A DNA stretch of 64,000 nucleotides, taken from NCBI GenBank assembly GCA_045647535.1, contig JAZRMM010000021.1, forward strand, positions 3,116 through 67,115, in the 5' to 3' direction. The DNA is from Alistipes sp. GTDB lineage: Bacteria > Bacteroidota > Bacteroidia > Bacteroidales > Rikenellaceae. Position numbers and translations under genes: made by a program. Of the stretch, positions 29,675-39,666 are shown one piece after another. The first letter of the stretch is position 1. Each line of letters opens with the position of its first letter. A model generated the notes under the pieces. The model saw only the letters and a program-made list of their open reading frames with translations. It was not told the DNA's origin and ran no database searches.

Positions 29675-29983
29675 ATGAAAAAACTTTTACTTTTCTTAGC
29701 TGCTTGCTTTATGTTTGTAGCTTGTTCAGATGAGAAGGCAGCAGAGAATGCAGCTATTGATTGCTTGGAGAAGATGTATGTCTACTGTATTGATGGTGAT
29801 TTGGATAATTTGATTAAGGTTTACGACGAGACAAAGGCTGAGGTGGCCGATATGGATGAAGACGAAGGCAAGGCCTTTGTTAGAGCTTGGGAGGATTGGT
29901 GCCTAAATAACCCCGAAAAGACAGCTGCGCTTGATGATTTCATAATTTACCATGGATTGGAGGGTTATATGAGACTAAACTAA
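29675..29983 (+). CDS. Small hypothetical lipoprotein
   Basis: MKKLLLFLAACFMFVAC lipobox; AT-rich; TATATTTG element upstream and a hairpin downstream. Confidence 0.75.
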   Translation: MKKLLLFLAACFMFVACSDEKAAENAAIDCLEKMYVYCIDGDLDNLIKVYDETKAEVADMDEDEGKAFVRAWEDWCLNNPEKTAALDDFIIYHGLEGYMRLN

Positions 29984-29989
29984 TAAAAT

Positions 29990-30032
29990 AGAGATCCGAG
30001 GATGTTGAGATACAATCCTCGGATCTTCTTTT
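29990..30032. terminator. Intrinsic terminator between convergent genes
   Basis: agatccgagga...tcctcggatct followed by tctttt. Confidence 0.7.
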
Positions 30033-30073
30033 ATACTATTACCTGTTAGGGCTTACGGCAGTTGGATCTTTGT

Positions 30074-31078
30074 TTACTTTTCCATATTTTTTAGGTACCA
30101 TCTTACTGTTCGCAGAAGACCATCTTCGAATGATGTCTCTGCACTCCAGCCGAGTTCGCTCTGCAAACGCGATGAGTCGATGGCATAGCGTAGGTCGTGG
30201 CCCGCACGGTCCTCGATATGTGTTATCAGCTCGAGGCTCTCGCCCTCACTACGGCCAAGCTCCCTATCTGTAATGGTTATAAGGTGCTTGATAAGTTCGA
30301 TGTTCGACCACTCGTTATCGCCACCTATATTATATGTAGCTCCATTCTCGGCATTATGGAACACGATGTCAAGAGCTCTTGCATGGTCGCCAACATATAA
30401 CCAGTCGCGGATGTTACATCCTGTGCCATATACGGGCAACGGCTTGCGCTCCACGATATTATTTATAAATAGAGGTATCAGCTTCTCGGGATACTGTCTC
30501 TCGCCATAGTTATTCGAACAGTTGGTAATCACCGTAGGTAGTCCGTAGGTGTCGTGGTAGGCACGCACAAAGTGGTCCGACGAGGCCTTAGATGCTGAGT
30601 ATGGCGAGTGGGGCTCGTAGCGCGACTCCTCGGTGAACTTACCTCCATCAAGTGGTAACGCACCATATACCTCGTCTGTGGATATATGGTGGAAGCGCTT
30701 ACCATCATAGTTGCCAGCCCACGCCTTGCGTGCCGCCTCCAGAAGGGTTATGGTGCCAAGAATGTTGTTCTGTGCAAAGAGAATGGGTGCGCTTATCGAA
30801 CGGTCCACATGGCTCTCGGCCGCAAGGTGCATAACGCCGTCGATATGATACTCCTCGAATATGCGCTCCACAAGCTCCTTGTCGCAGATGTCGCCCTCCA
30901 CAAAGGTGTGGTTTGGGCGCTTGAGTGCCTCGGCAATGTTATCGAGGCTACCTGCGTAGGTGAGCTTATCGAGTGTCACAATATGGTAGTTGGGGTATCT
31001 CGATGTGAGTAGCTCCACTACATGGCTGCCTATGAAGCCAGCACCTCCTGTGATAAGTATGTTGCGTTGTGTTGTCAT
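30074..31078 (-). CDS. rfbB: dTDP-glucose 4,6-dehydratase
   Basis: TGGAGFIGS, AAESHVDRSI, STDEVYG and YSASK motifs. Confidence 0.96.
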   Translation of the reverse strand: MTTQRNILITGGAGFIGSHVVELLTSRYPNYHIVTLDKLTYAGSLDNIAEALKRPNHTFVEGDICDKELVERIFEEYHIDGVMHLAAESHVDRSISAPILFAQNNILGTITLLEAARKAWAGNYDGKRFHHISTDEVYGALPLDGGKFTEESRYEPHSPYSASKASSDHFVRAYHDTYGLPTVITNCSNNYGERQYPEKLIPLFINNIVERKPLPVYGTGCNIRDWLYVGDHARALDIVFHNAENGATYNIGGDNEWSNIELIKHLITITDRELGRSEGESLELITHIEDRAGHDLRYAIDSSRLQSELGWSAETSFEDGLLRTVRWYLKNMEK

Positions 31079-31941
31079 GACTCCTTAATTATCGTTATTA
31101 CCTCCTGCAGGCGCTCCTGCCATGGGGCTATCTCCACACCTCGGATAGTTGCTATACGTGTGGTGTTGAGCACCGAGTATGCGGGGCGCTCGGCTCGCAT
31201 GTTACGCTCAGCAGTGCTACACGCCCTAATGGTGCAACTCTCAATCTCCGCCTGTGCTACAATCTCTCGGGCAAAGTCGCACCAGGTGGTCTCACCCTTG
31301 TCGCTATAGTGGTATATGCCCTCCATAAGCTCCGTAGAGCTGTTATCCACGATGGCTACGAGCATGCGGGCAAGTCCAAGTGCTGAGGTGGGTGTTCCTC
31401 GCTGGTCGTCAACCACGCTAAGCTCCTCGCGCTCCTCGGCAAGGCGTAGTATGGTGCGCACAAAGTTCCTACCCCAGGGGGCATATAGCCACGATGTGCG
31501 TATCACAATGCCGCCACACGCCACTACGGCTCTCTCGCCCATCGCCTTGCTACGTCCGTAGGCGTTTATGGGGGCTATTGCATCGCTCTCGGCATAAGGC
31601 GTTGTGCGACGACTATCACCTCCAAATACGTAGTCCGTGGATATGTGTATCAGCGTGATGTGCCTGTCACGGCATAGCTGTGCGAGTGTCGCTACCGCAC
31701 TGCCATTTATCTGCGTAGCTCTCGCCTCGTCGTCCTCCGCACCATCCACATTGGTGTATGCTGCGCAGTTGATGACTACCTCTGCCTGATGGCGCTCAAT
31801 AGCCTCTATTATGCTCTCGCTATGGCATATATCCACCTCGTCGTGCGTGGCACATATGTAGCTGTTGGCGCTCCCCTTAGCTGCATAGGTTATTGCCTGG
31901 GCAAGTTGTCCTGAGCCACCGGTGATAAGTATCCTACGCAT
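31075..31941 (-). CDS. rfbD: dTDP-4-dehydrorhamnose reductase
   Basis: GGSGQL, NCAAYTNVD, STDYVF and YGRSK motifs. Confidence 0.95.
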   Translation of the reverse strand: MRRILITGGSGQLAQAITYAAKGSANSYICATHDEVDICHSESIIEAIERHQAEVVINCAAYTNVDGAEDDEARATQINGSAVATLAQLCRDRHITLIHISTDYVFGGDSRRTTPYAESDAIAPINAYGRSKAMGERAVVACGGIVIRTSWLYAPWGRNFVRTILRLAEEREELSVVDDQRGTPTSALGLARMLVAIVDNSSTELMEGIYHYSDKGETTWCDFAREIVAQAEIESCTIRACSTAERNMRAERPAYSVLNTTRIATIRGVEIAPWQERLQEVITIIKES

Positions 31942-32509
31942 AGTAATCTATCTTATAGTCGAAGAGTGTGTCGCACTCCTCGAGTAGCTTTGCGGCACGG
32001 TCACGTGCCGATACCACAGCCTTGTTGCGATCCGTCTGCCACTCTATGGCAAGCGTAGGGTCGTCCCAACGTATGGTACCCTCGCACTCGGGGGCGTAGT
32101 GGTTGTCGCACTTATACTGCACCACAGCCTCGCCCTCGATGACCTTGAAGCCATGGGCAAAGCCTCGTGGTATGAATAGTTGATGGTGGTTCTCGGCGCT
32201 GAGCTCCACGGTAACATATTTGCCAAAGGTTGGTGAGCCTTGGCGTATGTCCACCACAACATCGAGGATGGAGCCTCGCACCACACGCACAAGCTTCGAC
32301 TGAGCGTGGGGTGGTAGCTGGTAGTGAAGTCCACGTATGACACCCTCGTGTGATAGCGACTCGTTGTCCTGCACAAAGGTGATGTCACGGCCAAGGAGCT
32401 TCGCGAAACTCTTGGTGTTGAACGACTCGTAGAAGTAGCCACGCTCGTCGCTATATATGTCGGGGATGATGATGACCACACCCTCCAATGCTGTATCTAT
32501 GAGCTTCAT
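31934..32509 (-). CDS. rfbC: dTDP-4-dehydrorhamnose 3,5-epimerase
   Basis: DERGYF, RGLHYQ and GFAHGF motifs. Confidence 0.95.
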   Translation of the reverse strand: MKLIDTALEGVVIIIPDIYSDERGYFYESFNTKSFAKLLGRDITFVQDNESLSHEGVIRGLHYQLPPHAQSKLVRVVRGSILDVVVDIRQGSPTFGKYVTVELSAENHHQLFIPRGFAHGFKVIEGEAVVQYKCDNHYAPECEGTIRWDDPTLAIEWQTDRNKAVVSARDRAAKLLEECDTLFDYKIDYYA

Positions 32510-33372
32510 AACTTAAGTAGATATTGTCCATACTGATTGCCACGCATAGGCTCAGCAAGATGGTGTAACGCCTCGCGTGTTATCCACCCCTTGCGGTAGG
32601 CTATCTCCTCCAAGCAGGCAATCTTCTGCCCCTGGCGCTTCTCTATCACCTCCACAAATATTGAGGCCTCAGCCAACGAGTCGTGTGTGCCGGTGTCGAG
32701 CCATGCATAGCCCCTATCGAGAATCTCGACGTTGAGCTCTCGCTGTTGTAGATAGTGCTGATTTACGGTGGTTATCTCCAGCTCGCCACGTGCCGAGGGG
32801 GTGATTGTCGAGGCTACGTCCACCACGCTGTTGGGGTAGAAGTAGAGACCCGTAACGGCATAGTTGGAGCGTGGCTCTGCGGGCTTCTCGGTGATGTCTA
32901 TGGCCATGCCATCGGCATCAAAGGTCACCACACCATAGCGCTCGGGACGCTCCACCTTGTAGCCAAAGACTGTGGCACGACCATAGTTTGCAGTGTTCTC
33001 CACAGCACGATGAAGCATATCGTCGAAGCCTGCGCCATGGAATATGTTGTCGCCAAGGATGAGACATACGTCATCCTCCGCGATGAACTCACGACCAATG
33101 ATGAAGGCCTCGGCGATGCCGTTGGGTTGCGCCTGCTCGGCGTAGCTAAATCTCACACCCAGCTCCTCGCCCGTGCCTAAGAGGCGTTGAAACATGGGAA
33201 GGTCAATGGGTGTGGATATGATGAGTATGTCTCGAATACCGGCACTCATAAGCACCGATATTGGGTAGTAGACCATGGGCTTATCGAAGATGGGGAGTAG
33301 CTGCTTGCTCACCCCCTTGGTTATAGGATATAGGCGTGTGCCACTACCTCCGGCTAAAACAATACCTTTCAT
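32506..33372 (-). CDS. rfbA: Glucose-1-phosphate thymidylyltransferase
   Basis: [18 protein letters not shown] and WLDTGT motifs. Confidence 0.97.
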   Translation of the reverse strand: MKGIVLAGGSGTRLYPITKGVSKQLLPIFDKPMVYYPISVLMSAGIRDILIISTPIDLPMFQRLLGTGEELGVRFSYAEQAQPNGIAEAFIIGREFIAEDDVCLILGDNIFHGAGFDDMLHRAVENTANYGRATVFGYKVERPERYGVVTFDADGMAIDITEKPAEPRSNYAVTGLYFYPNSVVDVASTITPSARGELEITTVNQHYLQQRELNVEILDRGYAWLDTGTHDSLAEASIFVEVIEKRQGQKIACLEEIAYRKGWITREALHHLAEPMRGNQYGQYLLKL

Positions 33373-33501
33373 CTGCTTGTTGGTTTGTTGTTAAACATAC
33401 AAATATATAAATAAAGAGCGACTATTGCAAACTGTAGACGAAAAAAATGTTAATACCGCCTATGCACCGATGGTATACTGGGGAAGAGACGCTTCGCTCT
33501 C

Positions 33502-34013
33502 GGGCCTTGAGTCGTACCCAGAGCAAGCTCAGCTTGCGGTGTTACCTAGAGTGCGCTTGCGCACGGTATTCCCCAGAGCAAGTTCTGCTTGCGGTCATAC
33601 CCATTTGCTTCATTCACGCATTCACGCATTCACAGGGGCGTGAATGATGTTAATAGCGTTAACGATGTTAATGATGTTAATGATGTTAATAGCGTTAATG
33701 ATGTTAACGGCGTACGTCATTGCGAGGGCGTAAGCCCGTGGCAATCTATCAGTAGTCGGCGAGCACCCACGGCGGACAGATGCCTACGTCGCTCTCGCTC
33801 CTCGGCATGACGTTAGAGCACAGCGGTGCTCTAGGGCCTTGAGTCGTACCCAGAGCAAGCTCAGCTTGCGGTGTTACCTAGAGTGCGCTTGCGCACGGTA
33901 TTCCCCAGAGCAAGTTCTGCTTGCGGTCATACCCATTTGCTTCATTCACGCATTCACGCATTCACGCATTCACAGGGGTGTGAATGATGTGAATAGCGTT
34001 AACGATGTTAATG
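33502..34013 (+). repeat. Composite repeat: ~175-bp direct repeat (33502-33674 / 33834-34013) around a GTCAT palindrome (33716-33811)
   Basis: Near-identical copies containing three agag-hairpin-cggt units, (gcattcac)n and (gttaatgat-like)n arrays. Confidence 0.9.
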
Positions 34014-34124
34014 ACTCAAAATTTGTAAAAAAATATTTCGATGATTAATGTTCAGAATAACAGTGTGTTATGTATTGATAGGGCTATTTGTGCTAAAAAA
34101 TATTAAATTATTTTTGCGAAAAAA

Positions 34125-34155
34125 TTTGGAGGTATAAAAAAAATGCTTACCTTTG
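34125..34155 (+). promoter_or_regulatory. Bacteroidetes -33/-7 promoter of tRNA-Phe
   Basis: TTTG at 34125-34128 and TACCTTTG at 34148-34155. Confidence 0.75.
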
Positions 34156-34191
34156 CACTCGCTTAACCAAGGTTAGACAATAAATAATGAT

Positions 34192-34264
34192 GGTGCCATA
34201 GCTCAGTTGGTAGAGCAAAGGACTGAAAATCCTTGTGTCCCTGGTTCGAATCCCGGTGGCACCA
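34192..34264 (+). tRNA. tRNA-Phe(GAA)
   Basis: ggtgcca/tggcacc acceptor stem, D-arm gctc-agttggta-gagc, anticodon loop ctGAAaa, T-loop ttcgaat. Confidence 0.97.
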
Positions 34265-34661
34265 CGAAGAGAGAACTCCACAAGAGTTCTCTTTTTTGTT
34301 TCGTGTGTATGATGTAGAGCCCGACGACCTACGTCGTCGGTGTGCCCTCTGTGGATGATGGCCGTGTGCAAGCGCCCACCATCCCCACAATGGCACAGCC
34401 TACGGCCATGCTCTACATCAGCACAAACGATATTTCATGTGTTGCCTCGGCATTACTCACTTAATGGTGGTTGAGCCGATAGGGTGGAGGTTTAGTGCTC
34501 GACTACGTCTGCGCTATAAGGTATCGGCTCTAGGGCTAAAGCCCTTCGAATCCCGGTGGCACCACGAAGAGAGAACTCCACAAGAGTTCTCTTTTTTTGT
34601 TTTCTCTTTTTCGGATGTAGAGCCCGACGACCTACGTCGTCGGTGTGCCCTCTGTGGATGA
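34245..34661 (+). repeat. tRNA-linked direct repeat (34245-34358 / 34545-34661)
   Basis: The tRNA 3' 20 nt, the terminator gagaactc-cacaa-gagttctc-T run and a GTAG hairpin recur 300 bp downstream. Confidence 0.9.
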
Positions 34662-34921
34662 CGAGGTTTCTTAAACGATAGCTGAGACTGAAAAGTTGGT
34701 GTCAGCTCAAAACTTCGGTGGCGAGTTCAAAATCTTTTGTGTGTAAGCATCTCTTGCCCCGTGTCATTAACATATTCACACGTTAACACGGGGTGTGGGG
34801 TGTTAACGATGTTAATAGTGTTAATGGCGTTGCACAGGTTGATGGTTGTAGATGGGTGCTAAAAGAGATAGAGCCGACCAAGGGGTAATCTTAGTCGGCT
34901 CCATGCTCTATGTTCGTGGGG

Positions 34922-36418
34922 TTACTTCTTGACAAATCTGTCGACCACAGCGGCGCAGGCGGCATCGCCCGTGATGTTGAGTGTGGTGCGTATCATGTCG
35001 AAGATACGGTCGAGGGCGTAGAAGAGTGGTAGGCCCTCAAGGGGTATGCCTGCAGCCACAAGCACCGCCGCAGCGAGGAGCGTAGGTCCTGGAACACCTG
35101 CCTGGCCTATGGCGCCAAGGGCGCAGACGATGGTGATGGATACGTACTCTGCCATGCCGAGGTCTACGTCGTAGAACTGGGCAAAGAAGATGGCAAGAAG
35201 TGCGTAGTATATGGCGTTACCCGCCATGTTGATAGTGGCGCCCAGGGGTAGCACAAAGCCCGATGTCTGCTTCGATATACCCATCTCGTCGCACGCCTCC
35301 ATGTTCACGGGTAGGGTGGCGAGGGATGAGGCTGTTGAGAACGATACTATCTGGGGCTTGAGCATGGTGCGGAAGTAGGTCTTAAGGGGCACGCGCGAGA
35401 ACATGGCGATGGTGAGGGGGTAGAGGCCGAAGAGTATTATGGCCACGGCGATAAGGTCGAGCCACAAGACATTGGCAATCTGTGCCAAGGTGCCGATGCC
35501 GAAGGTGCCTGTGGCGTCAGCGATAAGGCCGAAGACACCAAAGGGTGCTACGTACATAACCTTGCCGATGCACCATATAAGTGCCTCGAGAATGGTGTTC
35601 AGACCACCCACAACCTTACGGCGACGCTCGGTGGCAAGTGCCGAGATGCCGAAGCCGAGGAAGAGACCGAAGATGATAATCTGCAGGATGTTACCCTCGG
35701 TGAGCGCGCGGATAGGGTTGTCGGGGATCATGCTGATGATGGTGTCCCAGAAGCCCATAGATGTGGGTAGTGTATTGTTCACAAGAGGCGTTGTCATGAT
35801 AGCCTCGCCATCCTCGGTTATTGCGCCAACCACGATGTTGTAGTTTGTGCCAGCATCGAGCTTCGTAGCCTCGACCACGGCGGGCTCGGCAAGGGATACG
35901 CAATTACCCAGGGTCATAAGCTCGTTGATTGTTGGCTGCTTGTCGCCATCGGCGTAGACGAGCCACTTGGCCTCGGTGAAGCCCTTAGCCTCAATGCTAT
36001 AAGAGAGTGTCGATAGGGTAGACTCCTCGTTGTTCACATCGATATATACCTCCTTGTCGTCGGATGCCACATACTCGAAGGTCTGCTTGTTGAAGGTGTC
36101 GCTATTGGCGCTCTCGCCAGGCTTGAACACCACGCCAAGGAGTATGGCTATAACGATTGATATCACCGTGGTCAGAAGCATATAGGCTATGCTTATACCG
36201 CCCACAAGGCCTGCCGACTTGGTCTCGCCAAGCGATGCTGCGCCGCTGATGATAGATACGAGCACCAGGGGTACTACGAGCATCTTGATAAGTTGGATAA
36301 AGAGGTCGCCGAGGGGCTTGAATGCCGAGGCATCGGGACCCATGACAGAGCCCACAACGATACCTATTATCATGGCGATAAGTATCCAGATGCCTAAGTT
36401 CTTGAGAAGTTTTTTCAT
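34922..36418 (-). CDS. Dicarboxylate/amino acid:cation symporter (DAACS) with an inserted soluble domain
   Basis: FIQLIKMLVVPLV, FSTASSLATLP, PLGATINMAG and DMIRTTLNITGD motifs. Confidence 0.92.
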   Translation of the reverse strand: MKKLLKNLGIWILIAMIIGIVVGSVMGPDASAFKPLGDLFIQLIKMLVVPLVLVSIISGAASLGETKSAGLVGGISIAYMLLTTVISIVIAILLGVVFKPGESANSDTFNKQTFEYVASDDKEVYIDVNNEESTLSTLSYSIEAKGFTEAKWLVYADGDKQPTINELMTLGNCVSLAEPAVVEATKLDAGTNYNIVVGAITEDGEAIMTTPLVNNTLPTSMGFWDTIISMIPDNPIRALTEGNILQIIIFGLFLGFGISALATERRRKVVGGLNTILEALIWCIGKVMYVAPFGVFGLIADATGTFGIGTLAQIANVLWLDLIAVAIILFGLYPLTIAMFSRVPLKTYFRTMLKPQIVSFSTASSLATLPVNMEACDEMGISKQTSGFVLPLGATINMAGNAIYYALLAIFFAQFYDVDLGMAEYVSITIVCALGAIGQAGVPGPTLLAAAVLVAAGIPLEGLPLFYALDRIFDMIRTTLNITGDAACAAVVDRFVKK

Positions 36419-36519
36419 TGCTACAAATATATATTTGCAACAAAGATACTAACTTCCCGCCAATTAACAACCTATGACAGAAATTTTTCGTATCTTTGAG
36501 TCATTTAAAGCCGATTACT

Positions 36520-37230
36520 ATGAGACCAAGGATTGTTGTATTTACTGGTGCGGGTGTCAGCGCCGACAGTGGCATTGCCACCTTTCGTGATGCCGATGGC
36601 CTATGGGCTTCATATCGCATTGAGGATGTATGTACCCCTGAGGCGTTGCGTCGTGATAGGGCCACGGTTGTGGAGTTCTACAATATGCGTCGTCGTGAGG
36701 CGCTGGGCAAGGAGCCTAACGAGGGTCATCGTGCCATTGCGAGCATGGAGGAGTGGGCCGATGTCGAGGTGGTGACACAGAATGTGGATAACCTCCATGA
36801 GCGTGCTGGCTCTACACGTGTGACGCACCTCCATGGCGAGCTTATGAAGCTACGCTCGGAGCGTAACCCTGAGCTCATCTACGACATCAACGAGGGGTGG
36901 GAGCAGAGTCTCGATGCTTGTGCCGAGGATGGCGCACCCCTGCGCCCCCATATTGTCTTCTTTGGTGAGGCGGTGCCCATGTTCGAGCCTGCATGCAAGA
37001 TTGTCTCTACGGCCGACATCCTCATCATCGTGGGTACGTCGTTGGCCGTATATCCTGCGGCATCGTTGGTACACTATGTACGTCGTGATGTGCCCATATA
37101 TCTTGTCGACCCAGGTAACCCCGAGACGCAGCTTATACGCAACCCTCTGACACACATCAAGGAGCGTGGTGCTGTGGGTGTTCCACAACTTGTAGAGAGG
37201 TTACGCCATGAGTTTGTTGTCAAGGGTTAG
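36520..37230 (+). CDS. cobB: NAD-dependent protein deacylase (sirtuin)
   Basis: GAGVSADSGIATFRD, TQNVDNLHERAG, HLHG and GTSLAVYPAA motifs; ATG at 36520. Confidence 0.92.
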   Translation: MRPRIVVFTGAGVSADSGIATFRDADGLWASYRIEDVCTPEALRRDRATVVEFYNMRRREALGKEPNEGHRAIASMEEWADVEVVTQNVDNLHERAGSTRVTHLHGELMKLRSERNPELIYDINEGWEQSLDACAEDGAPLRPHIVFFGEAVPMFEPACKIVSTADILIIVGTSLAVYPAASLVHYVRRDVPIYLVDPGNPETQLIRNPLTHIKERGAVGVPQLVERLRHEFVVKG

Positions 37231-37726
37231 GAAGCGTGCCGAGGCGCTGCATAGGTTCTGTTGCGAGGAGGGGTATAACACCGATATAGCCCTCTTCGTG
37301 GATCTCTCGCGCCACTCGGGGCGTTGCCGTTTTGTGGTGTGGGACTTTGTGCACAAACGGGCCATTATCACCGCCCCTGTGAGTCATGGTAGTGGGGCTG
37401 AGGAGTCGCACAAGAGGTCGGCCTATGCTCGTCTATCGAACGAGGATGGCTCGCATCTGTCGTCCGTGGGTCGTGCCCTTGTTGCCGAGCGCTACGAGGG
37501 TCGCTATGGCGTTGCCTATCGTCTTGATGGCTTGGATGCCACCAACTCGAACCTACGCCCACGCTGTGTGGTCCTGCATGGCTGGGAGCATACCACCTCC
37601 TATCCCATATTTCCCCTTGCCACAACGGGTAGCTGGGGGTGTCCTGTCCTCTCGCGTAGGGTTATGCGTCGTGTGGATGAGATACTAAAAAACGAGAGCC
37701 GCGTGGTGCTGCTCTCGTTCCTATAG
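37208..37726 (+). CDS. Murein L,D-transpeptidase catalytic domain family protein
   Basis: VSHGSG, SSVG and VVLHG...SWGCP motifs. Confidence 0.8.
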   Translation: MSLLSRVRKRAEALHRFCCEEGYNTDIALFVDLSRHSGRCRFVVWDFVHKRAIITAPVSHGSGAEESHKRSAYARLSNEDGSHLSSVGRALVAERYEGRYGVAYRLDGLDATNSNLRPRCVVLHGWEHTTSYPIFPLATTGSWGCPVLSRRVMRRVDEILKNESRVVLLSFL

Positions 37727-37741
37727 CCTTGGTGTAGGGTG

Positions 37742-38095
37742 CTACTTGGTGTGGCACTCGTGGTGGTGGCATGCTATGCCCGAGTCCATCACGAAGCCTA
37801 AGAGGTAGCCCTTGACTACAGCCTCTATGTCGCCCTTGCAGCCACGAATAACCTTGATGTTGTGACTCTCGAGCTTGTTCTTAGCACCCTCGCCCATGTT
37901 ACCTGCGAGCATCAGCTCGATGCCCATCTCCTCCATTACTGAGGCGATGTTCGACTTACAGCCACAGCCCTCGGGGGAGTCGAGGCGTGATGTTGCGACA
38001 ATCTCCTTATTCTCAATCTCGAATATGGTGTAGTAGGCGCAGTGTCCGAAGTGGTCGTCGATATGACCATCGCGTGTTGGTACGGCAATCTTCAT
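37742..38095 (-). CDS. NifB/NifX family FeMo-cofactor-binding domain protein
   Basis: MKIAVP..IDDHFGHC, GCGCK, AGNMGEGA and a His-rich tail. Confidence 0.85.
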   Translation of the reverse strand: MKIAVPTRDGHIDDHFGHCAYYTIFEIENKEIVATSRLDSPEGCGCKSNIASVMEEMGIELMLAGNMGEGAKNKLESHNIKVIRGCKGDIEAVVKGYLLGFVMDSGIACHHHECHTK

Positions 38096-38177
38096 GATAT
38101 GTGTATTATATAAGGATAAAGGCAGGCACTATAGCCTGCCTTTGTTATGTCTTAGCGGCCTTAGAGCCAGCCGATGA

Positions 38178-39170
38178 TTACAAGTTAGGGTTGATTGTTG
38201 ACCACTCCTCAACTGCAGGAATGATGCCCAATGTTACCAACTCGTCACGCATCTTGCAGAGGTGTGCGTATGAAGCGTCGAGCGCTGCAATCTCCTCCTC
38301 AGTACCCACAGGCATCTTGTATGAGCAACCGTTCTGGTCGAGGACGGTGTCCATAGCCATCATAATGTGGTTGTACTTCTCGTTAGATACGTATGTGCCT
38401 GCAGGGAAGCGGAAAGGCTCGCCACCCATCACCGAGCGAATCATCTCTACAGAGAGGTATGATGGGCTCTGGAATGATGAACGACCACGAAGCTTGATGA
38501 TAGCAGCACCACCCTGGCATACAGCCTTCTTCATCTCTGCCCACTCCTCAGCTGGGAACTCCTCGGTGCCGATGATGTCGGTAAGCTTGCGGCCAGCAAC
38601 CTTTACTGCGCTGCCGAATACTGCCATCTGCTCGCCGTGGCCACCATAGGTTGCGCAACCCTCGATCTCTGACTGCATAACGCCGAACTTCTTAGCCAAA
38701 GCGCTCTTAAGACGTGTAGTGTCGAGACCTGCGAGTGTAGTCACCTGACCTGGCTTCAAACCAGAGTAGAGCAATGTTACAAGACCAGTAAGGTCGGCAG
38801 GGTTGAAGATGATAACGACGTGCTTAACATCTGGGCAGTATGTCTTGATGTTCTTACCCAACTGCTCAGCGATCTCGCAGTTGCCCTTCAAAAGGTCCTC
38901 ACGAGTCATACCCTCCTTACGTGGAGCGCCACCAGAAGAGATGATATACTTAGCATCCTTGAATGCCTCAGCAACATCTGTTGTAGCAGTGATGTTCACA
39001 TTGTCGAAGCCGCTCTGACGCATCTCCTCAGCAACGCCCTCTGGTGAGAATACGTCGTAGAGGCAGATGTTAGATGTGAGGTTCATCATAAGAGCTGACT
39101 GAACCATGTTAGAGCCGATCATGCCGGCAGCACCAACGATAACGAGCTTGTCGTCTGTAAGAAAAGCCAT
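38178..39170 (-). CDS. mdh: Malate dehydrogenase (LDH/MDH family)
   Basis: VGAAGMIGS, GAPRKEGMTREDLL, NPAD and GGHGE motifs; start MAFLTDDK at 39170. Confidence 0.88.
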   Translation of the reverse strand: MAFLTDDKLVIVGAAGMIGSNMVQSALMMNLTSNICLYDVFSPEGVAEEMRQSGFDNVNITATTDVAEAFKDAKYIISSGGAPRKEGMTREDLLKGNCEIAEQLGKNIKTYCPDVKHVVIIFNPADLTGLVTLLYSGLKPGQVTTLAGLDTTRLKSALAKKFGVMQSEIEGCATYGGHGEQMAVFGSAVKVAGRKLTDIIGTEEFPAEEWAEMKKAVCQGGAAIIKLRGRSSFQSPSYLSVEMIRSVMGGEPFRFPAGTYVSNEKYNHIMMAMDTVLDQNGCSYKMPVGTEEEIAALDASYAHLCKMRDELVTLGIIPAVEEWSTINPNL

Positions 39171-39318
39171 AGTTTTAATCTGTTTTAATTGTTTATATAA
39201 TATATTTATAGTTGCGCGTTGCAAATATCCTTGCAAAATTAGAAAACATTTCAACCATATGCAAGTAAAAACAGAAAAATATTCGGAATTATCTGTTGCG
39301 AGGGGAGGATTGGTTTCT

Positions 39319-39662
39319 CATTCACTCTATTCACTCTATTAACATCATTAACATCGTTAACATCGTTAACATCGTTAACGCTATTAACATCATTCACGCC
39401 CCTGTTAATGCGTTAATGCGTGAATGGCGTGAATGAAGCAAGTGGGTATAACCGCAAGCTGAGCTTACTCTGGGGAATACCGTGCGCAAGCGCACTCTGG
39501 GTAACACCGCAAGCCAAGGCTTGCTCTGGGTACACCCCAAGCTCCTTGAGCACCGCTGCGCTCTAACGTCATGCCGAGGAGCGAGAGCGACGTGGGCATC
39601 TGTCCGCCGTGGGTGTTCGCCGACTACCGATAGATTTCCACGGGCTAAAGCCCTCGCAACGA
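39319..39662 (-). repeat. Inverted, diverged copy of the composite repeat at 33717-34013
   Basis: The reverse complement aligns module by module (GTCAT palindrome, agag-hairpin-cggt units, 8-mer and 9-mer arrays). Confidence 0.9.
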
Positions 39663-39666
39663 ACGG

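Noticed and set aside
33425-34661. Short ORFs over the repeat hotspots (also 39394-40497 and 29300-29635)
   Set aside because: They are translations of palindromes, tandem repeats or the tRNA, mostly with non-ATG starts and no protein-family signal.
36520-37230. SIR2 anti-phage effector
   Set aside because: Typical short CobB deacylase with no defence partner genes.
37742-38095. Nitrogen fixation locus
   Set aside because: A lone NifB/NifX-domain protein is common in non-diazotrophic anaerobes and no nifHDK is present.
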